Of a stretch of 21,952 bases of DNA, positions 13,765 to 21,952 are shown in pieces (position 1 is the first letter of the stretch; each line of letters opens with the position of its first letter). Source of the DNA: Thermoplasmata archaeon (lineage in GTDB: Archaea; Thermoplasmatota; Thermoplasmata; Lutacidiplasmatales; UBA184); the NCBI GenBank assembly GCA_028864975.1, contig JAGWLG010000043.1:1-21952 (forward strand). The letters are read 5' to 3'. A program made the position numbers and the translations under genes. The notes below the pieces were generated by a model. It did not search any database and was not told the origin of the DNA. It saw nothing but the letters and a program-made list of their open reading frames with translations.

Positions 13765-15873
13765 TCAAACGAACTCGGCCGCGGCCGTCCGACCCAGCGT
13801 ACCGAAGGCCTCGAACCGGAAGGCCTGCTTCAGGACGCTCAGGACCGGGAACAGGGGTACCCACGGCAGAGCATCGAAGCGCCGCATGTGGACGAGGAAA
13901 TAGGCGATGGGCAAGGTGCGGAAGAGCACGGCGATCAGGAAGAGGACGCCGGTGTCAAGGAGGGCGGGTGCGCCAAGGACGACGGCGAGGGCCAGGAGAA
14001 AGAGGTAGACCAGGCTCCGCACCCCGGAGTGCACGAACATCAGGAACCAGAGCAGGACCCCCAGCCCTCCGAACTCGGGGGACGAGCTGAAGACCGCAGG
14101 ATAGTGCTGTCCGTTCGCCATGAGGATGCCGCGCGCCCACCGCACCCTCTGCTTCCTGAGCTCGTCGTAGTCCTTCGGGACATCCTCGTAGGCGAGCGCG
14201 CCGAACTCGATGCGCGCGGTGTAGCCCATGCGCTGCAGGCGGATCGCGATCTCGGTGTCCTCCCCGTTCCACGGGACCCAGCCTCCCACCTCCAAGAGGT
14301 CCTTCCGCCGGAACGCGGAGAAGAGCCCGTCGACGACCTCCGCGCTGGAGGTCCCCATGGTGGCGGGCCGAAGGAAGTAGTGGTTCCAGGCGATCTCCAT
14401 CGCCCGGAGCTTCCGTGTCCATCCTCGGGTCTGCCGGGGATGGATCGCCCCCTGCACCGCCCCTACCCGGGGGTCCGCGAAGTGGGCGATCATCGCGGCG
14501 AACCCCTTCTTTCCCGAGATCGTGGTGTCCCCGTCGCAACGGATCACGATCTCCCCCGAGGCCACGGCCAGCGCGCCGTTGAGCGCGTTCGACTTCCCCC
14601 CGTGGGGAAGGTCCACCACCAGGGCCGTGCTGTGTTCGAGGTGCTCCGCGGTCCGAAGCGCGACGGCGAGCGTGTCGTCCGTCGACCCGTCGTTCCCGAC
14701 CACAATCTCGACAGGACCCGGGTAGAACGCGGCCGCTCGGTCCGCGGCCAGGATCGCTTGCCGGATCCATCGTCCCTCGTTGTAGGCGGGAATGAGGATC
14801 GAGACCGGAGGATGATACTCCTGCAACGAAGGGCGGGGCCCCTCTCGGACCTGTCGACCGTAGGCAGGTCGGGCCAGGAGGGCGAAGAGCTCCAGGGTGA
14901 CCGCGGGGAGCAACAGCAGGAGGGTGAAAGTCCGAAGCAGCGGGTCTGGAGGCAGGAACTCTGTCGCGAGGAGCAGCAGCAGGAACCCGGTGGCGAGGGC
15001 GAGCCCCCCCAGGCCGAGGAAGCGGGCGATCGCGCCACGACGGCGGGGAAAGCGAACGATGATCCTCTGGGCCTGGGGGAGGTGGAAGAATGCGAAGAGG
15101 AGCAGGGCGAGGAAGAGCCCCCCGAGGAGCGTACGGACCAGCAGGGCCAGGTTCCGGAACGCGGAACCTGGCACCGTGAAGAAGAGCGCGTCCAGGAGGA
15201 GCTCGGCCCCGACGTACGAAAGGAGCACCGCGAAGGCGAGGGCCCTCCGCTTGGCGCCGAGGCGGGGACGGTTCGTGAAGAGACCGCAGGCGAGCCCGTA
15301 GGCGACCATCGCACAGAGGTACATCGGGAAGATGTAGTCGGGGACGACGAGCGCCGTGGAGCTCACGGTGTAGACGCCGGGCCATCGGCCCGGCCAGTAG
15401 AGGAGCGTGCCCACCAGGGCCACCAGATGGTCGTAGTGGCCGAAGAGGAAGGGGAAGAACAGGAGCACGACGAGCGAGAGGAGGAAGAAGCTCCCGACCA
15501 GCGTGAGGACGAACGTCCGCGCCCTCGGCAGCCGTACCGAGGGGGACTCCCCGGCGCCCAGCATGAGCACGGTGCGGTCGGTTCTCGACGCGTAGAGGTC
15601 GACGTGGTGCATCGGTCGGCCCGAGGCGATGGCGCTCTCGGGGGGCACGGTCCCCGGGGCCCCCGAGTCGGAGACCACGCCCACCGGTACGGTCCCGGCA
15701 CGCGTGGTCTGGGGTCGCTCCTTCACCCGGGTCAGCGTGAACCAGAGCAGCACCGCCCCGACGGCGGCGACCGGGACCACGCCCAGAGGGACGTCCGCGC
15801 CTCCCACGGTGGACAGGAACGCCTCGAGGGCGTGCACGAGCCCGGTGAACGAGGCGAGGATGGGGTCGCTCAC
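13765..15873 (-). CDS. Processive membrane GT2 glycosyltransferase (PgaC/IcaA/cellulose-synthase-like) with an extended multi-TM N-terminus (702 aa)
   Basis: VSILIPAYNE (from V357), NDGSTDDT, GGKSNALN, RCDGDT (DxD), NGEDTE and KQRVRWARG (QxxRW at Q575) form the D,D,D,QxxRW signature. About 7 hydrophobic segments precede the catalytic domain and about 3 follow it. GTG start 3 nt after the upstream stop. Confidence 0.92.
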   Translation of the reverse strand: MSDPILASFTGLVHALEAFLSTVGGADVPLGVVPVAAVGAVLLWFTLTRVKERPQTTRAGTVPVGVVSDSGAPGTVPPESAIASGRPMHHVDLYASRTDRTVLMLGAGESPSVRLPRARTFVLTLVGSFFLLSLVVLLFFPFLFGHYDHLVALVGTLLYWPGRWPGVYTVSSTALVVPDYIFPMYLCAMVAYGLACGLFTNRPRLGAKRRALAFAVLLSYVGAELLLDALFFTVPGSAFRNLALLVRTLLGGLFLALLLFAFFHLPQAQRIIVRFPRRRGAIARFLGLGGLALATGFLLLLLATEFLPPDPLLRTFTLLLLLPAVTLELFALLARPAYGRQVREGPRPSLQEYHPPVSILIPAYNEGRWIRQAILAADRAAAFYPGPVEIVVGNDGSTDDTLAVALRTAEHLEHSTALVVDLPHGGKSNALNGALAVASGEIVIRCDGDTTISGKKGFAAMIAHFADPRVGAVQGAIHPRQTRGWTRKLRAMEIAWNHYFLRPATMGTSSAEVVDGLFSAFRRKDLLEVGGWVPWNGEDTEIAIRLQRMGYTARIEFGALAYEDVPKDYDELRKQRVRWARGILMANGQHYPAVFSSSPEFGGLGVLLWFLMFVHSGVRSLVYLFLLALAVVLGAPALLDTGVLFLIAVLFRTLPIAYFLVHMRRFDALPWVPLFPVLSVLKQAFRFEAFGTLGRTAAAEFV

Positions 15874-15876
15874 GGT

Positions 15877-18800
15877 TCAGAGTTCCCGGGCCTTGACGGC
15901 CTTTCCCGTCGTCGCAAGGTCGCGGCGGCGCTGGCGACGGGAACGTGCCCTCTCCCGCGCAAGACGCCTCCTCCGGCGCGTCTCCAGCGCGAAGTAGACC
16001 ACGCCCAAGGTGAGCAAGCCCATCCCCGCGACCATGCCGGCCCGGGCCCCAAGGACCCACACGCTCGGGCGCGGGCCTACCCCGGTGGGGACGAACGTGA
16101 CCGAGATCTCCGCGCCCTCCACGCCCACCGTCAGGTTCCCGTGCGAGCGCTCCGCGTAGTACCCCGGGGGGTTCACCACGTCCCAGGAGTAGCTCCCGTT
16201 CGGTTCCCGGAACGAGAAGGACGCGGCGGACGTGAGGTTCACGAGATGGTCGGAGAACCGCAGCTTCCAGTTGAGCCCTCCTGAGGGTCCCTGGACCGCC
16301 ACCGCGATCGGAAAGGTCGCCAGGGAGAAGTGGAGCCGTAGGGGAGGGGTGATGCCTTGGACCACGATCGACCCCGTCCGTGGGGAGACAATGTATCCCG
16401 GTGGGACCACGACGGTGAACGGGTAGCTCCCCGCCGGCAGCTCCACCGAGAGCCAGGGCCGGGTGGAGGAGAAGACCTGCCCGTTCACGGCGACCGCCCA
16501 GGAGACGTTCGCCCAGAGCCCGGAGGCGTTCCAGATGGCGGGCCAGAGCTGACGGAGTGGGATGAACTGGACCTCCACCACCACCTGGGAGCCGTTGACC
16601 CGGACGGAAGAGTGGGTCGGTAGCGAGCGGTACCCGTCGACCTTCCCGACCTCGAAGGCGAAGGTCCGGTTGTGCTCCACGAACTCGAGGGCACTTTGGT
16701 CCGTCGCGAGCACCTGCCCGTTCATCGCGACGCTCCATCGCGTCCCGAGGGGGAGCCCGGTCTCGTTGAAGAGGACCGGGAACCCGTGGGCGAAGAGGGC
16801 CAGTTCCGCGAGCGGCCCACGCGGGACGAGCTTGGCCTGGGGACCGGGCCCCCAATAGGCGCCCATCCCCCAGCCCTTCCATCGGAGCAAGGCGAACCCT
16901 GGGGCAGGAGCGGCGGAGAGGTAGAGCGGGGTCGTCGCGTTCGCCCACCCAACGGACGGGGTGACCGTCCCTTCGGAGGGTGGGGACCCCGAGACCTGGA
17001 GCCTCCACTGGTGGGCGAAGGGGACCTCGAGGTTCGTAGAGAGACCCGTCACCTCGAGCACGGGAGGAACGCTTGGGAGGTACCGCTCCTCCTCCAGGTT
17101 TCCGAAGGGCCCGTAGGGCACGGCGACAGGAGGCATCACGAGAACATGCGCCCCTTGGGTCAGCAGGAGCGTCGCGTTTGGCGAGACCGTGGTCCCGGTA
17201 CGACCATCAATGTTGTAGACCCAGCGGAGCCCTGAGGGGAGCCCCGTCGCCTGGAGCTGGACCGGCACGGCCCCTTGGGGGTAGCCCTCGAAGAGGGCAA
17301 TCGTCTGCGAGGGGAGGCTCCAATTCGAGGGAAGGCCCTGGGGGAAGAAGTGGAACACGGGAGCGGGGGTCCGCGCCTGGACCCACGCAGTTCGGTTGGT
17401 CGCGCCTCCTATCAGTCGTCCCGACCATTCCCAGAGCCCTACCGGGCTCCCTTGGGCGATGCCCGACAACTGAGGGGCGAGCGAGACCCACGTCGACAGG
17501 TTCTCGTTCACCATCAGCAGGTCCGACCTGCCGAGGTCCGCCGGGTCCCGTGTGGCCACGGCATAGAGGTTGTCCGCGAGCGAGCTGTTGCTTCCCTCAT
17601 AGGGGGGCTGCAGCGGGGGGGAGAGCGAGGCCGGGAGCACTTCCGGCCCCAGATGGGAGAGCATCTCGCTGTAGACGAGATAGTCCGGCCGGGCCGCTCC
17701 GGAGAGGTCGAACCAGGAGTTGGAGGTGTTGAACACGGTCGCGTAGACGTCCATGTTCGCCAGGTCCAGGTCCATCCCTTGGACCTCGGAGACGGCCATG
17801 GCGAGACCGCCCGCGAAACCCGCGCTCAAGTTGCCGTACTTCCAATGAGAGAGCGCCGAGCCGAGCTCGGTCACGAAGATCGGGAGCGGGGCACAATTCG
17901 GGCAGCTAGTGTTCAAGGAGGTCGAGATGACCTCCCGCGCCATCGTCACCCTCCCCACTGCACCGTAGGGGTCCTGGGCATAGGCGTAGAATGCGAGAGG
18001 GCCCGGCACCCCGAACCGCCCCGCTGAGTAGACGTGGAAGGCCTCTCCCGCGATGAGCGGGGCATCGACCGCCACGGTCACGTTCAGCCAGGTGGAAAGC
18101 GGGATCCGGTCCTGGGTCCTGCCGGTCCCCGGAAGCCCCAGGACCTGGAGATGGGGGTCCACCGAGCGCATGGCCAACGTGTAGTTGTGCACCTCCCAGG
18201 CGTACCCCCCGGGATGGATGCGGGTCGTCTCGTTCTCCTTCGGGAGCCCCCACTCGGACCAGGGCCGCTGCCACTCTCGCCAGAGCTCGGGCTCGTTGCC
18301 GATCTCCCAGTAGGTGGGCGTGAAGTTCAAGGTCCGTTCCGTGTAGTTCACGACGGCCTCTGCAAACGAGACGTTGTCGATCTCCCCGGGAACCTGAAAG
18401 ATCGCCCGGCAACCGATCGAGCGGCACCATGCGACGAACTGCGCCTCGGAGGTGGGGGCGTGGGTCCACGAGAGGAGCCCGTGTTGGACGTGGACGAGGG
18501 TGTTGTTGAAGGGGTTGTAGTCGTCCCCCGCGTTCCCCCCGGGCCAGAGCACGGTGAAGGTCCTCGTAGACTGGACGAGGGACCCCTCGTCGGCCAGGAG
18601 GGGCGCGCGAGGGGACACCGTGGTGCCCCAGAACGAGGCCCCCAGTTCGTAGCCGTTCGTGGCCACGCTCAGCGAGACCGGCACCGCCGTGGAGGGGACC
18701 GATCCGACGGGTCCCTCACCGACGTGCTGCGCGGGGAGGCTCTCCGCCTGAGCTCCTCCGAGAGTGAAGGGAGAGGGAAGGGTCAGCAAGGCGAGAACGA

Positions 18801-18909
18801 CCGCCTGGGTCAGCCACGGCCAGGTTGCCACCGCAAGCCCGGGCGGGGGCCGGGCGAGGGAACGCGCGTCGCGGTGCCGGGCTCCCGGGCGCCTGCGGTC
18901 CGTGTGCAT
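15877..18909 (-). CDS. Secreted, membrane-anchored clan GH-A glycoside hydrolase (GH51/GH79/GH44-like) with C-terminal beta-sandwich repeats (1010 aa)
   Basis: Signal-peptide-like N-terminus, LWPGGNAGD, WEIGNEP (acid/base E206), FHVY and FVTELG (nucleophile E348). C-terminal repeats of the type V.F.ETGLP.GT.WSV..NG...EPNGSY.W.V..P.GY. About 24 sequons by manual count, a C-terminal TM and an Arg-rich tail. The exact CAZy family cannot be assigned by eye. Confidence 0.85.
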   Translation of the reverse strand: MHTDRRRPGARHRDARSLARPPPGLAVATWPWLTQAVVLALLTLPSPFTLGGAQAESLPAQHVGEGPVGSVPSTAVPVSLSVATNGYELGASFWGTTVSPRAPLLADEGSLVQSTRTFTVLWPGGNAGDDYNPFNNTLVHVQHGLLSWTHAPTSEAQFVAWCRSIGCRAIFQVPGEIDNVSFAEAVVNYTERTLNFTPTYWEIGNEPELWREWQRPWSEWGLPKENETTRIHPGGYAWEVHNYTLAMRSVDPHLQVLGLPGTGRTQDRIPLSTWLNVTVAVDAPLIAGEAFHVYSAGRFGVPGPLAFYAYAQDPYGAVGRVTMAREVISTSLNTSCPNCAPLPIFVTELGSALSHWKYGNLSAGFAGGLAMAVSEVQGMDLDLANMDVYATVFNTSNSWFDLSGAARPDYLVYSEMLSHLGPEVLPASLSPPLQPPYEGSNSSLADNLYAVATRDPADLGRSDLLMVNENLSTWVSLAPQLSGIAQGSPVGLWEWSGRLIGGATNRTAWVQARTPAPVFHFFPQGLPSNWSLPSQTIALFEGYPQGAVPVQLQATGLPSGLRWVYNIDGRTGTTVSPNATLLLTQGAHVLVMPPVAVPYGPFGNLEEERYLPSVPPVLEVTGLSTNLEVPFAHQWRLQVSGSPPSEGTVTPSVGWANATTPLYLSAAPAPGFALLRWKGWGMGAYWGPGPQAKLVPRGPLAELALFAHGFPVLFNETGLPLGTRWSVAMNGQVLATDQSALEFVEHNRTFAFEVGKVDGYRSLPTHSSVRVNGSQVVVEVQFIPLRQLWPAIWNASGLWANVSWAVAVNGQVFSSTRPWLSVELPAGSYPFTVVVPPGYIVSPRTGSIVVQGITPPLRLHFSLATFPIAVAVQGPSGGLNWKLRFSDHLVNLTSAASFSFREPNGSYSWDVVNPPGYYAERSHGNLTVGVEGAEISVTFVPTGVGPRPSVWVLGARAGMVAGMGLLTLGVVYFALETRRRRRLARERARSRRQRRRDLATTGKAVKAREL
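16090..17270 (-). repeat. Protein-level tandem repeats (four thermopsin-associated-type beta repeats, one partial, plus one InlB-B-repeat-like unit)
   Basis: QATGLPSGLRWVYNIDG, NETGLPLGTRWSVAMNG, NASGLWANVSWAVAVNG and VQGPSGGLNWKLRFSD, with downstream P.GSY...V..P.GY...P..G.I.V.G. Also LQVSGSPPSEGTVTP...LSAAPAPGFALLRWKG. Boundaries are approximate. Confidence 0.6.
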
Positions 18910-19049
18910 ACAGCTAGCGGGCCGTCCATGGACACTACATCAATCCTTGGGAATGCGCCTCGTAGGCGTGCGCCGTTCCCCCACGGGGTACGACTCGGGG
19001 CGGTCACGGGACCGCCGCCGCTGGCCGGCAAGCGGGGGCGACCCACACC

Positions 19050-19070
19050 GTTAATCACCTCTGGGAGGTG
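19050..19070 (+). promoter_or_regulatory. GTTAAT box followed by inverted repeat CACCTC-TGG-GAGGTG containing the mutS SD
   Basis: Read directly from the sequence. The GGAGGTG SD lies 8 nt before GTG 19079. Confidence 0.55.
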
Positions 19071-19078
19071 CCGCGCGT

Positions 19079-21751
19079 GTGCCCGAACCCTCCCCGATGA
19101 TGGCCCAGTACCAGGGGGTCAAGGACCGCTACCCGGGTCATCTCGTGCTCTTCCGTGTCGGGGACTTCTACGAGACCTTTGGGGAGGACGCCCACACCCT
19201 CTCGAAGGAGGTGGAGGTCACCCTGACCAGTCGCCAGCTCGACCCGCAGGGGCAGCGGATCCCCTTGGCCGGGGTCCCCTACCACAGCGTGGAGGGCTAC
19301 CTCGCAAAGCTCGTCCGACGAGGCTACCGGGTTGTGGTCGTCGACCAGGTGGAGGACGCGAAGCAGGCGAAGGGTCTCGTCCGACGGGAGGTGACGCGCG
19401 TGGTCACTCCCGGGACCGTGCTCGAGGAAACGCTCCTTCCACGCGGTGGGAACAACTTCCTCTGCGCTTGGAGCTCGGGAGGAGGGCACCCGTGGTGCGC
19501 GGCCCTCGTGGACATCTCCACCGGGGAGACCTTCCTCCGCCGACGGCCCGCGGGGGAGGCGCGGCAGCTCTTCGAGGACCTTGCCCCGTCGCAACCGGTC
19601 GAGCTCCTCCTCCCCAAGGAGGCCACTCAAGGGAAGGACCCGCTCGAGTCCCTGGCGATCGCGACCCTGCCGGGCTCTCGGCGGGCCGAGGCCCCCTCCC
19701 CGTTGCGGGTCGAAGAGCTCCCGCTGCCCTGGCAGAACGAGTCCGCCCGCGCTCCCGACGTGGCCGAGGCCCTGGGACGCGCCGCCGCCTACGCCAAGGC
19801 GACTGAGCCTCGGATCCTGCCTTTCCTTTCGCCTCCGGTCTGGCGGAGGCCGGAGGAGCGGCTCGGGATCGACCTCAAGACCCTTCGACACCTCGAGATC
19901 ACCGAACCGATGAACCCGGGACCCGAGAGGTCCCTGACGTTGCTGGAGGTCCTCAACGAGGCCCAGACCCCCCCCGGACGTCGCACGGTCGAGGCCTGGG
20001 TCCGCTCCCCCCTTGCCGACGTGCGGGCGATCGAGGAGCGACTGGACGCCGTCGAGTCCCTCTTCACCCAGCGAGCGACGCTGCTCACGCTCACGGCGCG
20101 CCTGAAGGGCGTGGGCGACATCTCCCGTCTGACGGCGCGCCTCGTGGCCCGGCGCGGAGGGCCCCGCGAGCTCCTTGGGCTCGCCCGCTCGCTCTCCGCC
20201 CTCCCCGAGCTGCGCGCGCTCCTTCGGTCCGCCCAGCAGGCGGGGTCGCTCCCTCCTCTGCTTCAGAGGGTCTTGGAAGCCCTCGACCCCCGTGAGGATC
20301 TCGCCCAGCGGCTCGGCTCCGCCGTCCGGCCCGACGCTCCCGCGCACGCCAGGGACGGTGGGGTCCTGCGCTCCGAGGCCTTCCCCGAGCTTCAGGCGCT
20401 GAGGGAGGTCGAGCATCGCGCCCGCGGCGCGCTCGCCGAGCTCGAGCAGCGGGAGGCCCAGGCGACCGGCATCAAGAGCCTCAAGATCGGCTACACCCAG
20501 GTGTTCGGCTACTACTTCGAGGTGACCCGGGCGCATCTCTCCAAGGTCCCCGAGGGTCGCTGGAGACGCAAGCAGACGCTCGCGGGGTCGGAGCGGTTCA
20601 CGAGCGACGAGCTCGCGCACTGGGAGGCGGAGGTCCTGCAAGCCGAGGACCGCTCCCGGCTCCTCGAGGCCCGGCTCTACGAGGACCTTCTGCGGGAGGT
20701 GGACCGCGAGGCTTCCCACCTCCAATCCACCAGCGAAGCCCTGGGCGCGCTCGACGCGCTCGCGAACTTCGCGCGGGTCGCGCTGGAGCGCCGATGGGTC
20801 CGTCCGCGCGTCCACGAGGGAGGAAGGCTCCGCGTCCGAGAAGGACGGCATCCGATCCTGGAGCGGACGCTTGGCCCCGGCTACGTACCGAACGACGTTG
20901 AGCTCGATGCCTCGGAGGAGGGTCCGCGTCTCCTGCTCTTGACGGGGCCCAACATGGCCGGGAAGTCCACCTACATGCGCCAGGTGGGGCTCCTGGTGGT
21001 CCTCGCTCAGGCGGGCTCCTTCGTTCCGGCGCGCTACGCCGAGGTGGGGCGGGTGAGCTCCCTCCACACTCGGATGGGATTCACCGACGACATCGGCCGC
21101 GGCAAGTCGAGCTTCATGGTCGAGATGGGGGAGGTGGCGGAGATCCTCACCCACAGCGACGGAAGGAGCCTGGTCCTCTTGGACGAGGTGGGGCGGGGCA
21201 CCAGCACCTCGGACGGGCTCGCGCTCGCCTGGGGGGTTGTCCGCTACCTCCACGACAAGGTCGGGGCGCGCGCGTTGGTCGCAACGCACTACCACGACCT
21301 GATCCACCTCGTGGAGGGGCTCCCCGCGGCACGGAACGCCCACCTTGCCGTGCGCGAGGAGCGCGGAGAGATCACGTTCCTGCGCACCTTGCTCGCCGGA
21401 GGGACGGAGAAGAGCTACGGGGTCCATGTGGCCCAGCTGGCAGGGGTCCCCGCTCCGGTCCTGGAGGAAGCCCGTCGGATGCTCCGTGCCCCCCGCCCCG
21501 CGCGGACGGAGGCCTCCTCCCCTTCACGTACTTCTCGGGGCGCCGGGCCCGCGAATCCCCCCCCGAAATACACGCAGGGGATCTTCCTCGAGGACCCCGA
21601 GGTGGAACGCGCGCGCGAGCTCCTGCGAGAAGTGAACGCGCTCCACGTGGAACGGATGACGCCGGTCGAAGCGCTGAACCTCCTCCACCAGCTCTGGAAG
21701 CGCGCCCACCGGGAGCCGTCCCACCCCGACGCCCCTCCGTCGATCGATTGA
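19079..21751 (+). CDS. mutS: DNA mismatch repair protein MutS (MutS1 type), 890 aa
   Basis: Mismatch-binding [28 protein letters not shown], Walker [55 protein letters not shown]. Confidence 0.97.
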   Translation: MPEPSPMMAQYQGVKDRYPGHLVLFRVGDFYETFGEDAHTLSKEVEVTLTSRQLDPQGQRIPLAGVPYHSVEGYLAKLVRRGYRVVVVDQVEDAKQAKGLVRREVTRVVTPGTVLEETLLPRGGNNFLCAWSSGGGHPWCAALVDISTGETFLRRRPAGEARQLFEDLAPSQPVELLLPKEATQGKDPLESLAIATLPGSRRAEAPSPLRVEELPLPWQNESARAPDVAEALGRAAAYAKATEPRILPFLSPPVWRRPEERLGIDLKTLRHLEITEPMNPGPERSLTLLEVLNEAQTPPGRRTVEAWVRSPLADVRAIEERLDAVESLFTQRATLLTLTARLKGVGDISRLTARLVARRGGPRELLGLARSLSALPELRALLRSAQQAGSLPPLLQRVLEALDPREDLAQRLGSAVRPDAPAHARDGGVLRSEAFPELQALREVEHRARGALAELEQREAQATGIKSLKIGYTQVFGYYFEVTRAHLSKVPEGRWRRKQTLAGSERFTSDELAHWEAEVLQAEDRSRLLEARLYEDLLREVDREASHLQSTSEALGALDALANFARVALERRWVRPRVHEGGRLRVREGRHPILERTLGPGYVPNDVELDASEEGPRLLLLTGPNMAGKSTYMRQVGLLVVLAQAGSFVPARYAEVGRVSSLHTRMGFTDDIGRGKSSFMVEMGEVAEILTHSDGRSLVLLDEVGRGTSTSDGLALAWGVVRYLHDKVGARALVATHYHDLIHLVEGLPAARNAHLAVREERGEITFLRTLLAGGTEKSYGVHVAQLAGVPAPVLEEARRMLRAPRPARTEASSPSRTSRGAGPANPPPKYTQGIFLEDPEVERARELLREVNALHVERMTPVEALNLLHQLWKRAHREPSHPDAPPSID

Positions 21752-21803
21752 GAACGGGGTCCGCGGCGAGAATGCTCAAGACCTGCGCGCCTCTCGCGCG
21801 CCC

Positions 21804-21952
21804 ATGACGACCGCCACGGGCGGGGACGGCGAGCGGCCCGGGCCCGCTCGGCGGCGGATCCACCGACTGGACGAACGGACCGTTCACGAGATCGCCGCGG
21901 GGGAGGTCATCGAACGTCCCGCTTCCGTCGTCAAGGAGCTCGTGGAGAACTC
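21804..21952 (+). CDS. mutL: DNA mismatch repair protein MutL, N-terminal fragment (runs off the window edge)
   Basis: My translation from ATG 21804 is [50 protein letters not shown], containing the MutL signature [20 protein letters not shown]. It lies directly after mutS. Confidence 0.95.
   Translation, partial: MTTATGGDGERPGPARRRIHRLDERTVHEIAAGEVIERPASVVKELVEN

Noticed and set aside
13492-17008. Very long + strand ORFs (13492..16284, 930 aa; 13955..17008, 1017 aa) opposite the GT2/GH genes
   Set aside because: Antisense shadows caused by strong GC3 bias. They are Arg/Gly/Pro-rich with no motifs, while the minus frame has clear enzyme signatures.
18880-18909. Tat signal in the GH N-terminus (TDRRRPG)
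   Set aside because: It lacks the S/T-R-R-x-F/hydrophobic consensus, and the abundant sequons fit Sec export and N-glycosylation better.
18924-18933. Perfect 10-bp palindrome GTCCATGGAC upstream of the GH start
   Set aside because: Palindromes of this length are expected many times by chance in 22 kb, and there is no second copy or other support.
12572-19050. Integrative island at tRNA-Ser carrying the GH-GT2 operon
   Set aside because: No integrase or transposase, no duplicated tRNA 3' end found by eye, and no obvious compositional shift.
19055-21427. 790-aa minus-strand ORF opposite mutS; likewise 3102..4859, 7657..8859 and 18034..19806
   Set aside because: In-register antisense shadows of well-supported genes, with no independent family signal.
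1-21952. CRISPR array, IS element or prophage genes
   Set aside because: No regularly spaced direct repeats, terminal inverted repeats with a transposase, or viral hallmark genes were seen.

Overview
Chromosomal window from a GC-rich archaeon (GC roughly 65-70% by eye). It is most likely Thermoplasmatota-like; this is inferred from the archaeal r-proteins and Rpo10, Cdc48/VAT, Cgi121, a BHB tRNA intron and thermopsin-type surface repeats. Gene order: partial hypothetical (-); GNAT; rpl18e-rpl13-rps9-rpoN; a 320-nt hairpin-rich gap; a 1160-aa heavily sequon-bearing, membrane-anchored surface (S-layer-like) protein (-); cdc48 (-); a divergent uncharacterised 367-aa protein; MBL-fold hydrolase; cgi121; tRNA-Gly(TCC); tandem GNAT; tRNA-Ser(TGA); a degenerate LMW-PTP/ArsC-like protein; Nudix hydrolase (-); a two-gene operon (-) of a membrane-anchored clan GH-A glycoside hydrolase and a processive GT2 synthase; mutS; and the start of mutL. 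Best candidates for novelty: (1) the GH + GT2 pair, which looks like a minimal archaeal synthase-dependent exopolysaccharide system; (2) a 30-nt T-loop (59/60) intron with a perfect bulge-helix-bulge in a tRNA-Gly that also has C33; (3) a 111-aa Pro/Ala/Lys-rich N-terminal extension on uL13; (4) a possible structured RNA downstream of rpoN. I saw no transposase, integrase or CRISPR array. All calls are by eye; no searches or folding programs were run.
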